A DNA stretch of 64,000 nt from a virus. Taxonomy: Duplodnaviria > Caudoviricetes. The stretch lies in the IMG/VR virus record IMGVR_UViG_2901201504_000001, positions 73,120 to 137,119 of that record. The stretch is one strand, 5' to 3'. This document shows positions 19,288-29,522 of this stretch, in pieces; the stretch's first letter is position 1, and each line of letters opens with the position of its first letter. Both the position numbers and the translations under genes were made by a program. The notes under the pieces are model-generated. The model was not told the DNA's origin. It did not search any database and saw only the letters and a list, made by a program, of their open reading frames with translations.

Positions 19288-20280
19288 ATGAACTTAAGTC
19301 ATTTTGACTTTTATAATAGAGAATTGAAAGAAAAGTTTTTAGAACAATATAATGAAGAAACTGCAAGAACATATGCGTATAGTTTAGCTCGTTCAAGATT
19401 TGAGGAAGAATTGTTTGGGAAAGATTTATATAATTTTAATTTAGAACAAATCTCTAAGATATTACCTAAATTTAAGGCGTGCAATCTAAATGGTGTAAAA
19501 AAACATGCATTAATTATTGATCTATACATGACATGGGCTGCTGAGAATGGTTATAGAAATAGTAATATAAGTGTTTTAAAAGGTATGGATAATGAATTCT
19601 ACGAGCGTTTTGTTATGAACAAGAAGATGTTTATAAATGAAGACGAATTAAAAGAATATGAAGATACGCTTGTGAATTATCAAGATAAGTTAACTTTGAG
19701 ATTACCATATGAAGGTTTGACTGGTTACAAAATGTCCTTGATGAGAAATTTAAACATAAAGTGTTTTACTGACAAACCTAATGTAATTAGATCAAAAGAT
19801 GATAGAAAAGGCGAAAGAGAAATTGAAGTTAGTGACAGATGTATTGAATTTATTAAAAAAGGTATTGCAGAGGATATCTATTATGCTAAAAACGGTGAAT
19901 CTGAAGGATATATTAAAGAATTACCATTGACTAGGAATAACTATGTAATAAGAATTAATGCAAAAAAGAATAAGGAAAATTCAGAAATTGATACACATAA
20001 CCTTCACAGAAGATTGAAAGCTATTAAAGAAGGTATAGATTTACCTGCAATAACATTTAAATCATTGGAGAGATCAGGAATGATTGCGTTTGCAAAAGAT
20101 TTATTTGTTGAAAGAGGAAAATTAGGAAAAGAAGAGTTCAATATTATTGGTGATCGATATGATTTAAGTAAATTACATGCAGGAGGAAAAGAGTATCATA
20201 ATACAACTATGATGAAGACATATATTAACAGGGAAAATATTTTAGAGTTATATGGAATTGACATAGGTGAAAATAATTAA
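19288..20280 (+). CDS. lysogeny master repressor, YopR/MrpR/SroF-like pseudo-recombinase
   Basis: YN..LKEKFL N-terminus, E...GKDLYNF, YEGL, SG motifs; lacks catalytic R and HxxR; synteny. Confidence 0.8.
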   Translation: MNLSHFDFYNRELKEKFLEQYNEETARTYAYSLARSRFEEELFGKDLYNFNLEQISKILPKFKACNLNGVKKHALIIDLYMTWAAENGYRNSNISVLKGMDNEFYERFVMNKKMFINEDELKEYEDTLVNYQDKLTLRLPYEGLTGYKMSLMRNLNIKCFTDKPNVIRSKDDRKGEREIEVSDRCIEFIKKGIAEDIYYAKNGESEGYIKELPLTRNNYVIRINAKKNKENSEIDTHNLHRRLKAIKEGIDLPAITFKSLERSGMIAFAKDLFVERGKLGKEEFNIIGDRYDLSKLHAGGKEYHNTTMMKTYINRENILELYGIDIGENN

Positions 20281-20534
20281 AATGGTATGTGAAAAATTAA
20301 ATCACTATCACTGTAAGTCATGGTGCTTTAATTTTTCACCATACATAAATAAATTAAACTAAAAAATACTATTAAAGGAAATAAACGCAATTTAACTATA
20401 TCTATTGACCTATTTCTATATATTCACTAGGATAAAGTAATATTATAATGGAAAATCATAGGAAAATATTGTAGAATAAAGTAAGCGTTTATTGTTACTA
20501 GGAAAAAATAAATTAATTATGTATATTAAAAGGA

Positions 20535-20744
20535 TTACGGCCATTCATATAAATCATCAATAGTGCAATTCAACGCATTGGCTATAGTTTTAGCAGTCGC
20601 AAGAGACATTGTTCTTCTGTTTCTTACATAGCTATTTATTTCCTGTTTAGTTATACCTGTCATTCTTGATATATCAATTTGAGTTAGTTGAGATTTTTCG
20701 AGAATAGATTCTAATAAGCATTTCCCTACAGTCATTTTAGTCAT
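20535..20744 (-). CDS. XRE-family HTH regulator (YopS-like)
   Basis: LTQIDISRMTGITKQEINSY...IANALNCTIDDLY. Confidence 0.85.
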   Translation of the reverse strand: MTKMTVGKCLLESILEKSQLTQIDISRMTGITKQEINSYVRNRRTMSLATAKTIANALNCTIDDLYEWP

Positions 20745-20838
20745 AAATTACCACCACCTTTTTTACATAATAACATAAAGAATATTTCCTTGTAATATAT
20801 GGTAGGGTATTATGGTTTGTAGTATAATAGAAAAAACA

Positions 20839-20852
20839 GGAACACTTGTTCG
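20839..20852. promoter_or_regulatory. LexA (Cheo/SOS) box
   Basis: GGAACACTTGTTCG matches GAAC-N4-GTTC, 10 bp after TATAAT (20823-20828). Confidence 0.7.
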
Positions 20853-20937
20853 TCATTTTGGTAGTCACAGAACAAAGAAGAAATATAGATTACTAAAGTT
20901 TCAATATACAGGATTACATAACAAAGGAGACCTTTTA

Positions 20938-21174
20938 ATGGGAAATAAAGTATTAATTGACCTTTCATTGTCAGTTGAATTTACTGGGACAAACGAAGAA
21001 GCTGAATTTGTTGTTGAAGCACTAAATGAGATTTTGAATACATATGCTAGTAAATTACCAGTAAATAATAAAGAGAGGTTAATTGACATACTATCTTTGG
21101 AGATTGATAGTATGGAAGAAGTCGAGGCTGCTGATGATTATGTAGCAGTTACGATCAAAGATATGAATGAGTAA
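20938..21174 (+). CDS. small acidic protein, probably SOS-inducible
   Basis: AAAGGAG RBS before ATG 20938; hairpin 21206-21245 downstream. Confidence 0.65.
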   Translation: MGNKVLIDLSLSVEFTGTNEEAEFVVEALNEILNTYASKLPVNNKERLIDILSLEIDSMEEVEAADDYVAVTIKDMNE

Positions 21175-21398
21175 AAATAATGAAAGTGATTTAAATTGAT
21201 TTAATAATAGCCCGTTGGGTAGTAAGGAAACTGACGGGTCTATTATTAGAAATTTTTGAAAAATAAGCTTTACAAATGAATTAACATAATGTAACATTAT
21301 AAATGTAGATAAAAAGGTTGTTTAAATCACAAACAAAAGTTAAATAACATAAAATAATAAAAATCACATTTTATTAGAAGTTAAGGGGAGGGAATAAC

Positions 21399-21944
21399 AT
21401 GAAAAACCTAATTAAAAGAGGAGAGATCGAAAGGCTGCAAAAGGAGTTTGCCAATATAAAAAGTACTAACTGGCACGAAATTAATGTACCAAGAATGCTT
21501 GATACTTTAGAAATACTATTAAAGGAACCTATCAACGTCGATTATGCTGAATTAGCTTTTAAATATGAGAGCTTACTATTCTTTTATAAACAACAGATTA
21601 CTGATGTGAAAAGATATAAAAGGCTTTTGTCAGGTTTAATGGAAGATATGGACTTTCAAATTGAAGAAAATGAAAAGATTGTATTGGCTAGGAGGAGAAT
21701 TGATATGAAAGACTATTACGTTGAAGTTCCAGTAGTATTGAAATTAATGGTCGGAGTTAAAGCAGAAAATGAAAAGGATGCAATTGAAAAAGTATTTAAT
21801 GAAGATATCATGATTAAAGCAGAAGAAGGAGATAACAGTACTCTTGAATGGCTGGAATACGAGTGGGAAATGTACTCAAAAGTTGTACAAGGAAATGTTT
21901 ATTATGGTGGTATTAATGAAGCATATGCAGAAGAAGATGAATAA
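21399..21944 (+). CDS. hypothetical protein (possible fusion of two genes; internal RBS + ATG at 21705)
   Basis: ORF track; GGAGGAG at 21691. Confidence 0.55.
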   Translation: MKNLIKRGEIERLQKEFANIKSTNWHEINVPRMLDTLEILLKEPINVDYAELAFKYESLLFFYKQQITDVKRYKRLLSGLMEDMDFQIEENEKIVLARRRIDMKDYYVEVPVVLKLMVGVKAENEKDAIEKVFNEDIMIKAEEGDNSTLEWLEYEWEMYSKVVQGNVYYGGINEAYAEEDE

Positions 21945-21946
21945 AA

Positions 21947-22624
21947 GTGGAGGAGATCTTATTGAAAATAGAAAATGAGGTATTGCCTGATTTATATTTA
22001 GAGACTGTTTATAACTACCTGGAAGAAACCACGAGCAAGATAGAATTCATTTTATCAGGCGGAGTCAGAAATAGGGGAAGGACAAAGATGAGAAATAAAA
22101 GCAAATTAATAACTAGTAAAGAAATTACAGAAGTGTTGAATTTACTACATAAAGATTATTCTGATCTAGGTATGACAATTTCTATTTATTCAAAGAAATA
22201 TCAAGTGCTTCTCGATAGACTGAATCCTTATAAACTATACATAAATAAACATGTTGCTAATCAAGCTATGAATGGAACGATTGTAGGTAATCATCGAGAA
22301 GGATTAATCTCAGTTTTTCCATTTAACTATAGTGTGAAAGGAGGATCATATGAATCAAAAAATTCTGTGAGGAAACTGATTGCACTTGGAGTCATTATTC
22401 ATGAAATTCGACATGCTTATCAAAGGAAACATAAAGTTGAAAAATATACATCAGAAAAATTGAATGGTCATGGTTATGATACTCAATGGGTAGAAAGAGA
22501 CGCTAATAAGTTTACACAACGTTTTATGAATAGATATAGAAACAAAATAAACGAAATTCTTAAAATCAACAATTTAAATTGGGAATATCAATGGGATAGA
22601 TTAAGAGTGGATGAGATTAACTAA
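21947..22624 (+). CDS. HEXXH zinc-metalloprotease-like protein (start may be 22088)
   Basis: IHEIRHAYQ...ERDA. Confidence 0.6.
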   Translation: MEEILLKIENEVLPDLYLETVYNYLEETTSKIEFILSGGVRNRGRTKMRNKSKLITSKEITEVLNLLHKDYSDLGMTISIYSKKYQVLLDRLNPYKLYINKHVANQAMNGTIVGNHREGLISVFPFNYSVKGGSYESKNSVRKLIALGVIIHEIRHAYQRKHKVEKYTSEKLNGHGYDTQWVERDANKFTQRFMNRYRNKINEILKINNLNWEYQWDRLRVDEIN

Positions 22625-22678
22625 TAAAAGTGGAGTTTTATTTTAAAAATAAATTAATAGATAAAAGGGGATTTAGTA

Positions 22679-23071
22679 ATGAAACAACGAGTTTTTAAGA
22701 ATGAAAAAGGTCAAGACTTAATCGTAAAGCATCGAAAGTCAGCAATCATTTTTGCAGTTGAAGAAGTTAAAAAAGATATGAAGCCTGATTTTCGCTTTTA
22801 TTTTTCAACCCAAACGTTTAAAGAATTTGCATCGTATATCGAAGAAATTTCGAATAAAGCATGGGCAGCTATTACTCCAAAAGAAGCACATAGTTTGGCT
22901 ACTGATTATTATGAGTATTATGATCGAGAGTTCGACAATAATGGTTATCTAAGTATAGTAGAAGACGGTCTATCTGTTGAAGGTCCATACACTACGACAG
23001 CAAAGCTATACCAATTCAACAAATCAAAAATTCAATCATTCATTTATGACTTGCGAAAGAAATTAAAATAA
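22679..23071 (+). CDS. hypothetical phage protein
   Basis: ORF with RBS. Confidence 0.65.
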   Translation: MKQRVFKNEKGQDLIVKHRKSAIIFAVEEVKKDMKPDFRFYFSTQTFKEFASYIEEISNKAWAAITPKEAHSLATDYYEYYDREFDNNGYLSIVEDGLSVEGPYTTTAKLYQFNKSKIQSFIYDLRKKLK

Positions 23072-23089
23072 CCCCATCATAAGACAGGG

Positions 23090-23317
23090 TTAGATGTTCT
23101 TTTTCATACCACATTTACGGCATTCACGTAATAATTTGGTGTTTGCGATGCTACTTTGAAAATGTGAGTTACCACAATTATCACATCGACCAGATACAAT
23201 ATCTGGCTGATCTTGGTATTCATAGATAAAATCAGTACTAAATGTTCCATAATAATCTTCAGGTACTTTAGTTATTACGGTTTCATCTTGTTGCACTTCT
23301 TCAGACAATATAATCAC
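23090..23317 (-). CDS. small Zn-ribbon protein
   Basis: CDNC..CRKC; GTAGGTG RBS region. Confidence 0.65.
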   Translation of the reverse strand: MIILSEEVQQDETVITKVPEDYYGTFSTDFIYEYQDQPDIVSGRCDNCGNSHFQSSIANTKLLRECRKCGMKKNI

Positions 23318-23770
23318 CTACATAATTGTAATACCTAAAGTATAACAAAATTAGCGTGCTCTTTGAATAAGAGTAGAGGGATTGTTTATACGAGAAATTA
23401 ACGTCAGAAGATACTTAAAGTATTTCATTCAAATTAAAAGACGAATTTTAAAGGAAGTTAAAACAAATATACTATGGTAGTAATAAAAGAAAAACAAATA
23501 ATTCGAATAAGTGTCACTAATTGTAATAATAATGTGCCATATCTCCTATTACAATAGTAATATACAAGAATAAGGAGATAGTAAATATGAAAATTTCACA
23601 GTGGTTAGAAGACTATGCTGGTATATCTATTATCAAATTAAGAAAAATGAGATTATCAAATGAGGAGTGGCAGATAATTTGCGAAGAGTATGAAAAATAT
23701 TGTGAATCTAAAAATATTAAACCTGATTATGATAGGTAAAGAATAAAATTTTAAACAAAGGGGATGAATT

Positions 23771-24034
23771 ATGTATCGTTCTGAAGAAATTCAAAGAGCA
23801 ATTGATTTAAAGAATGATTTGAAATATCACAAGGATAACAATGAGGAACAGATTATTTATGAAAGAGATTTAGAAACATTGGATTGGTTAATTGAGCAAG
23901 CAAAGAGAGCTGGAGTTTATAGAGCTGCGTTAACTAGTATTAAACAAAAAGAAGTAGAACCTGTCTTTTATGCTACATCGACTTTATTTGAAGTAGATCA
24001 GTGGTTCGAATTTAAGAAGAATAGAAATAGATAA
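23771..24034 (+). CDS. hypothetical protein
   Basis: ORF with RBS. Confidence 0.6.
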   Translation: MYRSEEIQRAIDLKNDLKYHKDNNEEQIIYERDLETLDWLIEQAKRAGVYRAALTSIKQKEVEPVFYATSTLFEVDQWFEFKKNRNR

Positions 24035-24187
24035 AATCTTGAATTTAAGTGGAAATATTTCTTGGGAAAGCGCAGGATTAGACAGGAAATTAATTATAAT
24101 AGCGAAAACTGTCTATTTATGAAATGATACTTGAATTTATGTATGTATAGTTTTGTATAATTAAGAAAAAAGTGAAGAGGTTGTATT

Positions 24188-24622
24188 ATGTTAATTGATT
24201 CGTATAGAACATTATTAGAAAATGAAGGCTTCCTACCATTAGAAAATAATCATAATTGGAATACTGTAGAAGTTGATCACACTCAAAGTTTTATTAATAA
24301 AGGGTGTAAAGTAACCGACAACACAGGAATCTATATTTATATGACTACTGATGGTATTGTTCAGTATGTTGGTGAAGGAAAAATTAACTCTAGAATGAAT
24401 AGACATTACTTAAAGTTAACAAAAACTACGAAAGGTAGTACTTATCCACCGAGACATGAGTTCTTCAAACAGTTGCAATGTAAAATGAATGTATTTTATA
24501 GAGAAACACCTGACATGGACAAACAAGACAGAGAAGCTATTGAAGCCATGCTTACTAAAGTTTTGCAGCCTGAATATAAAAAATGGCTATTACAGCGCAA
24601 AGCAAAACCAATTATCGAATAA
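24188..24622 (+). CDS. GIY-YIG nuclease-like protein
   Basis: GIYIY...YVGEG..R..H...E..L..P.Y. Confidence 0.7.
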   Translation: MLIDSYRTLLENEGFLPLENNHNWNTVEVDHTQSFINKGCKVTDNTGIYIYMTTDGIVQYVGEGKINSRMNRHYLKLTKTTKGSTYPPRHEFFKQLQCKMNVFYRETPDMDKQDREAIEAMLTKVLQPEYKKWLLQRKAKPIIE

Positions 24623-24647
24623 AATTTTTCTTTCAATGGAGGTCAGC

Positions 24648-24836
24648 ATGGACAAAAATAATTTTGACTTAGATAAAATTAAAGCTGCCGCAGATGAATT
24701 AGGAATTGAACTTACTGTTAATTCAGATAATCCTGGCATTCATTTTATGTCTGAAGAAGGAGAGATTTTACACAGTCTAAGTTGTGATCGATTTGAAGAG
24801 CTAGTAGAAGAGGTATTTGGATTTAAATTTAAATAA
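24648..24836 (+). CDS. hypothetical protein
   Basis: GGAGG RBS before ATG 24648. Confidence 0.55.
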   Translation: MDKNNFDLDKIKAAADELGIELTVNSDNPGIHFMSEEGEILHSLSCDRFEELVEEVFGFKFK

Positions 24837-24867
24837 AATGTGTCTTTTAATGGGAGATGGATTGTAA

Positions 24868-25215
24868 TTGATTAAGGAATTTGATTCAAATTTTTATAAT
24901 AAATACCCTAGAGTTTACACAACAGCAGAAAGTTACGGATTTAATATTAATGACATTGATTACTTTATAAACACTATACATGAAAAATTACATTTGAATA
25001 CACATTTCAAGTCAAAAGAGATGTTACAAGTGTATTTAAAAGCTTTAATAGTTAGATTAGATATGAGAAAAGATGAGTTTTGTAAATATGTATTTGAACT
25101 GTCTAAGAAACAGACCAAGCATAATGAATTAGATTTCAGGGATAAAGTAGGTGCTTATCAATCTTACATACTGTGGGCATTAATCGAAGATATAAATGAT
25201 AAACGAATAAAATAG
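24868..25215 (+). CDS. hypothetical protein
   Basis: ORF track. Confidence 0.55.
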   Translation: MIKEFDSNFYNKYPRVYTTAESYGFNINDIDYFINTIHEKLHLNTHFKSKEMLQVYLKALIVRLDMRKDEFCKYVFELSKKQTKHNELDFRDKVGAYQSYILWALIEDINDKRIK

Positions 25216-25274
25216 TTGTTTTATAACCTTTAAAAATGAATTAATACATAAAAATAATTATAAGGAGAGATAAT

Positions 25275-25892
25275 ATGAATGAGATTGTTCCGTATGATAT
25301 AGGTGATTATTTGCAACTAAGACAGTTAGATGAGTTTATGATTGGACATAAAGGATATATAGCTGGAGGTGTATTCAAAAATATTTTTAATCATGAATCT
25401 TATAAAGATGTAGACGTATTCTTTGAAAACGAGGCGGATTATACAGTAGCAAGAAAGATGTTTTCAGATAGCAACGATTATTCATTCAAGTATCAAAATG
25501 ATAAAGTAATTGCATTTATACATAATAAGCGTGGTGTTGTAGTAGAGCTAATCAAATACATGTATTCGAAACCAGTTGATCTATTACATACATTTGATTT
25601 TACTATTACTAAATTTGTCTACTTTAAAGAGATTAAAGATGAAGAGGTAGAGTGGAAAGTAGCATTTCATAATAAGTTTTTTGAGCATTTACATATGAAG
25701 AGATTAGTTATTGATAATGAAGTTAATGAGATTAGTAAGCCAGTAAATACTTTTAATCGAATGTTCCGTTATGGAAAGTATGGTTATTTCCCATGTAGAG
25801 GGACGAAGTCAAAAATAATAGACTCATTGAGAAATTTACCTGCATTCAATGATGAGGATTTGTCACTCGAACTATACAACGGGTTAGATTAA
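25275..25892 (+). CDS. tRNA-nucleotidyltransferase/poly(A)-polymerase head-like NTase
   Basis: IAGG...KDVDVFF...FDFTI. Confidence 0.65.
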   Translation: MNEIVPYDIGDYLQLRQLDEFMIGHKGYIAGGVFKNIFNHESYKDVDVFFENEADYTVARKMFSDSNDYSFKYQNDKVIAFIHNKRGVVVELIKYMYSKPVDLLHTFDFTITKFVYFKEIKDEEVEWKVAFHNKFFEHLHMKRLVIDNEVNEISKPVNTFNRMFRYGKYGYFPCRGTKSKIIDSLRNLPAFNDEDLSLELYNGLD

Positions 25893-25952
25893 AAAATAAA
25901 ACAAAATTAATATAAAAGTTAAATTTCATTCGGTATATTAGGAGGAATACAT

Positions 25953-26504
25953 ATGGAAAAAGTGAAAATTACGAGAGAACAAAAGGAAGCATTAGTACAA
26001 ATCAATCTAGATTACGGTAGAAATGCATTTAGTAATTTTATGGGCGGTTGGAGAGAAACTGATCCAAATTATAAGGTGTTTAAAGATTTCACTCCCGAAC
26101 AGTTTATGAAACTTACTTGTGATTGGTACGAAGTTGAAGGAGTGTTTCAAGTTGGGGATTGGGTTTGTGATACAGAATTAGAGCTAAATAAGTGTATATT
26201 TTATAAAATTGATCGTATCGACGATGAACATACTATTTTTACAAATGGTGAATGGGAATCCACAAACAATGTGAATGACTACTTTGAGAAAGTAACTGAA
26301 CCGTGGAAAATCATGCTGCTTGAATTAGGTCGTGAGAAACCAGAATTTAAAGTAAATGATGTATATATCATGAGTTGTGGCACACCTTGTAGAATTAAAA
26401 ACGAAAGAGGGTTCATAACAATCAAGAACGATTTGGAAGCTGGTAGAGTTATTGGTTTTCATTCAATGGAATCACGAATTGAGGTGAACGCTTGTGGAAA
26501 ATAA
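25953..26504 (+). CDS. hypothetical phage protein
   Basis: AGGAGG RBS. Confidence 0.6.
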   Translation: MEKVKITREQKEALVQINLDYGRNAFSNFMGGWRETDPNYKVFKDFTPEQFMKLTCDWYEVEGVFQVGDWVCDTELELNKCIFYKIDRIDDEHTIFTNGEWESTNNVNDYFEKVTEPWKIMLLELGREKPEFKVNDVYIMSCGTPCRIKNERGFITIKNDLEAGRVIGFHSMESRIEVNACGK

Positions 26505-27666
26505 GAAGGTATTTCATGATACTGTTTCATCTAATGGTACATATATAGGGGTTAGAGTTCCTTCTGAAACTTCACATCCAACTTTAGAAAGTATTTTCAG
26601 AATGATGAGAAAGCGAGGTTGGTTTATTCAAACAGATCAAAGAGTATTGAAGGATTATCCAACTATAGCAAAAGATTATTTTGAAGGAAGAAAAGGAGAT
26701 TTGTTTTTTGAATCTCACAGATATCCAACAGGATTTGAGATTGAGTTTTACCAAGATAAAAATACAATAAATAAAAATGGTGGTAGATATGATTTTAGTA
26801 AACTAAAACTAATGCCATATTTAATTCGTTGTAGCTTTTTGGTTGAATTAAACTACATAAAAGAATTGTTATTAGATGAAGACTACATAGACAACAGTGA
26901 ACCGGTTATTAAAACGTCATATGAAAAAATAATGCATCGTATCAAATCATGTTGGCACTATAAAGATGGAAAAGAGTTACCGGAATACGATTTACCAGAG
27001 TATAACTGTACTGATAAAGATGGTAAAAGGATTAGAAATGGACAAGTGAAGTACTTCCGTGATCATAAAGGACGATTACAAAAGGGCACAGTCTATCACA
27101 ATATTAATAACATGTGGTGGACAATCATTAATAAATACGAGTATACAAACATAGCAGATTTCGAACTGTTTGATTTAGATAGTGAAGAGAATAGAGCAAG
27201 AAAATATATAAAACCATCTGGATTGCATAATTCCAAAGCTAGATTGAAGCCATCTGATGAACAGTATGAAGCCTGGAGAAAAGAGATTAAAAAGGGCGGT
27301 GTTATTAAAAGGATCGAACTAGCAAATGATTTTTTAAATTACTTATATGAAATTGATTGGATTACACATAAATATGAGTTTTACGTAAAAGACAATGGAA
27401 GATTAGGTATGTTTGAGTTAGAAAACAGAGTATGGGGAAACCACAAAGTATTTGATAATCCTGAACCAATAAAGTTATATTCTAAGCGATTACCTATGTC
27501 ATCTACAGAAAGCGGTTGGATTGTAGGATTGAGAAATTATGTTACTTCAGGTAAGACTAGTTTATCTAACTGGTTCTGTAAAGACAGTAATGGGTATGGT
27601 TCAACAAGACATAAATGGCCAGATGTACGAGAAAAGGCATGGAGAATTACAGCTTTAGCAATCTAA
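26494..27666 (+). CDS. hypothetical phage protein
   Basis: 390-aa ORF with GAGGTG RBS. Confidence 0.7.
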   Translation: MENKKVFHDTVSSNGTYIGVRVPSETSHPTLESIFRMMRKRGWFIQTDQRVLKDYPTIAKDYFEGRKGDLFFESHRYPTGFEIEFYQDKNTINKNGGRYDFSKLKLMPYLIRCSFLVELNYIKELLLDEDYIDNSEPVIKTSYEKIMHRIKSCWHYKDGKELPEYDLPEYNCTDKDGKRIRNGQVKYFRDHKGRLQKGTVYHNINNMWWTIINKYEYTNIADFELFDLDSEENRARKYIKPSGLHNSKARLKPSDEQYEAWRKEIKKGGVIKRIELANDFLNYLYEIDWITHKYEFYVKDNGRLGMFELENRVWGNHKVFDNPEPIKLYSKRLPMSSTESGWIVGLRNYVTSGKTSLSNWFCKDSNGYGSTRHKWPDVREKAWRITALAI

Positions 27667-27724
27667 CAACTAATAAAACTTAGGTTTTAATTGAAATAAA
27701 TTAATATGAAAAGGGGGTAATAAT

Positions 27725-27979
27725 ATGATGAAATACAGAAAGAAACCAGTAGTAGTTGAAGCTATGCAATTTGTAGACGGTAATAAAGATCGGGTTTATA
27801 ACTGGGTAACTGGTAATAGATATGCTGATTTCGATAACGGTAAACCTATATTAAAAATACAAACTCTAGAGGGAATTATGATTGCTCGTTTAGGTGACTA
27901 CGTTATCAAAGGTGTGAAAAATGAATTCTATCCATGTAAGCCTGATATATTTGAAGCTACATACGAATCAGTAGATTAA
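27725..27979 (+). CDS. PGDYG-like small phage protein
   Basis: KYRKKPVVVEA...TLEG...GDYVIKG..EFYPCKPDIF. Confidence 0.7.
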   Translation: MMKYRKKPVVVEAMQFVDGNKDRVYNWVTGNRYADFDNGKPILKIQTLEGIMIARLGDYVIKGVKNEFYPCKPDIFEATYESVD

Positions 27980-28030
27980 TATAAAATTTGGTTTTTATCG
28001 AAAAATAATAAATTAATATTGGAGGAATTA

Positions 28031-28432
28031 ATGTTGAGAAAGATTAAGTTTAGAGCATGGGAACCTTGTAATAAGAAAATGTACTATTTAGATTTGGCAT
28101 TATATAAGTTTAACCCTAACAGTATAAATAGTCATAGCTTTGTATTACCGCCTGAAAGACAGGGGCTGCATAATGCATATACATCAATGAATTTAGATGC
28201 AGTAGAGGTAATGCAATATACGGGATTAAAAGACAAGAATGGTAAGGATATTTATGAAGGAGATTTATTAAAAGATGATTCAGGCATTGGTTGTGTCACA
28301 TGGGTTCAGGAACATTGTGCATTCCTGATATTTGTCTCAGATCAAGCGAGATATTATTTACTAGAATCCGATGGACAATTGATTAGTTCTGAAGTTATCG
28401 GGAACGTATTTGAAAAACCAGAGTTAAAGTAA
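28031..28432 (+). CDS. YopX family protein
   Basis: IKFRAW...MQYTGLKDKNGKDIYEGD...EVIGNVFE. Confidence 0.9.
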   Translation: MLRKIKFRAWEPCNKKMYYLDLALYKFNPNSINSHSFVLPPERQGLHNAYTSMNLDAVEVMQYTGLKDKNGKDIYEGDLLKDDSGIGCVTWVQEHCAFLIFVSDQARYYLLESDGQLISSEVIGNVFEKPELK

Positions 28433-28575
28433 AATTACCATTTTATTTAGTAGTTAAGAGGATATATAGTATATTAGATTTATGAAAAATTAGAGTCTAA
28501 GGGGTAAAAAATGGAAAAATATTATTTGATAAGACAATTACTGTTGCAGCTACAACAACGATAATAACATTTTTA

Positions 28576-28995
28576 TTGTTGCATTTTGTTATTGAGCCAA
28601 TAAAAAGGAAAAAAGAATATAAAAAGGAGAGATTGAAAAATTTATATGCACCTTTGTATGTATTGATATCTCAGAAGATTGTAATTGGAAATCATGTGAA
28701 TGAAAAGGTTAATTCCCAAAAGAAGATTGTCTTTGGAGGAAAAAGCGGATTAGAATTTACACATGACGAATACATAATGAAGTTTTTTATGGAAAAATCT
28801 TCGTATGCCAGTTTGGAATTAACTGATGAGTTTAATAAATACTACAGCAAGAAATTATTAGGGGATGTTCGAGACTTATCTGCAGAACCGATAATGATAT
28901 TAGTTGTAAAAGAATACAATCAGTTAAGAAAAGACTTAAAACTAGGCTATGATAAAGCTGAATTAAAAACTGGAGAGTTGAAAATATTGAAATAA
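28576..28995 (+). CDS. hypothetical protein, N-terminus probably frameshifted
   Basis: ORF track; upstream ATG at 28511 with RBS is out of frame. Confidence 0.5.
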   Translation: MLHFVIEPIKRKKEYKKERLKNLYAPLYVLISQKIVIGNHVNEKVNSQKKIVFGGKSGLEFTHDEYIMKFFMEKSSYASLELTDEFNKYYSKKLLGDVRDLSAEPIMILVVKEYNQLRKDLKLGYDKAELKTGELKILK

Positions 28996-29349
28996 GAAAT
29001 AGAGGTGTGGATTATTAATTTAATCTCACACCTTATAAAGATAAATTAATATAAAATAATGTTTTTATTTGAAGAAAAAGGAGGAATTTAAGTTGCATAA
29101 ATATTTTATATCTTACGTTTTTAGTATTGGACATCCTAATCACGGATTCGGAAATATAGAGACGAAATATGGTAAAGAAATTGAATCTATGGATGATATT
29201 AATTTAATCAGTAGAAGCATTGAAAGAGATACTAGGCTTAAAGAAAACTCATTAGTTATCTTACATTATATCAAATTAAACTAATGTTACGGTTCGGTTT
29301 ATGAAAATACCTAATAAGATAAAATAAAAGGATACTTTTATAAAAGGGT

Positions 29350-29484
29350 AAAACCAGCCAAATAATTGACTGGTTTCATGTGGGAGACTTCGTGTGAAAG
29401 AACAAAGCTTTAAACTTCTTTATTATCATAAAATATAAATTTTACTAAACTATTAACAAATTTTAAAATGTCTATTAATCTTTG
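29350..29484 (-). ncRNA. putative sRNA unit, copy 1 (promoter + C-rich motif + terminator)
   Basis: AAACCAG..CTGGTTT hairpin, GGGAGA, conserved AAACTATTAACAAA block shared with 62591-62720. Confidence 0.45.
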
Positions 29485-29522
29485 AAAAAAGTTAATAAAA
29501 ACAAAAATGAAAGGAGACGGTT

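Noticed and set aside
19288-20280. Second active integrase
   Set aside because: Lacks catalytic Arg and HxxR; fits a YopR/MrpR-type repressor
20812-20937. N-terminal extension of the 120-aa ORF
   Set aside because: Overlaps the promoter and SOS box; the RBS supports ATG 20938
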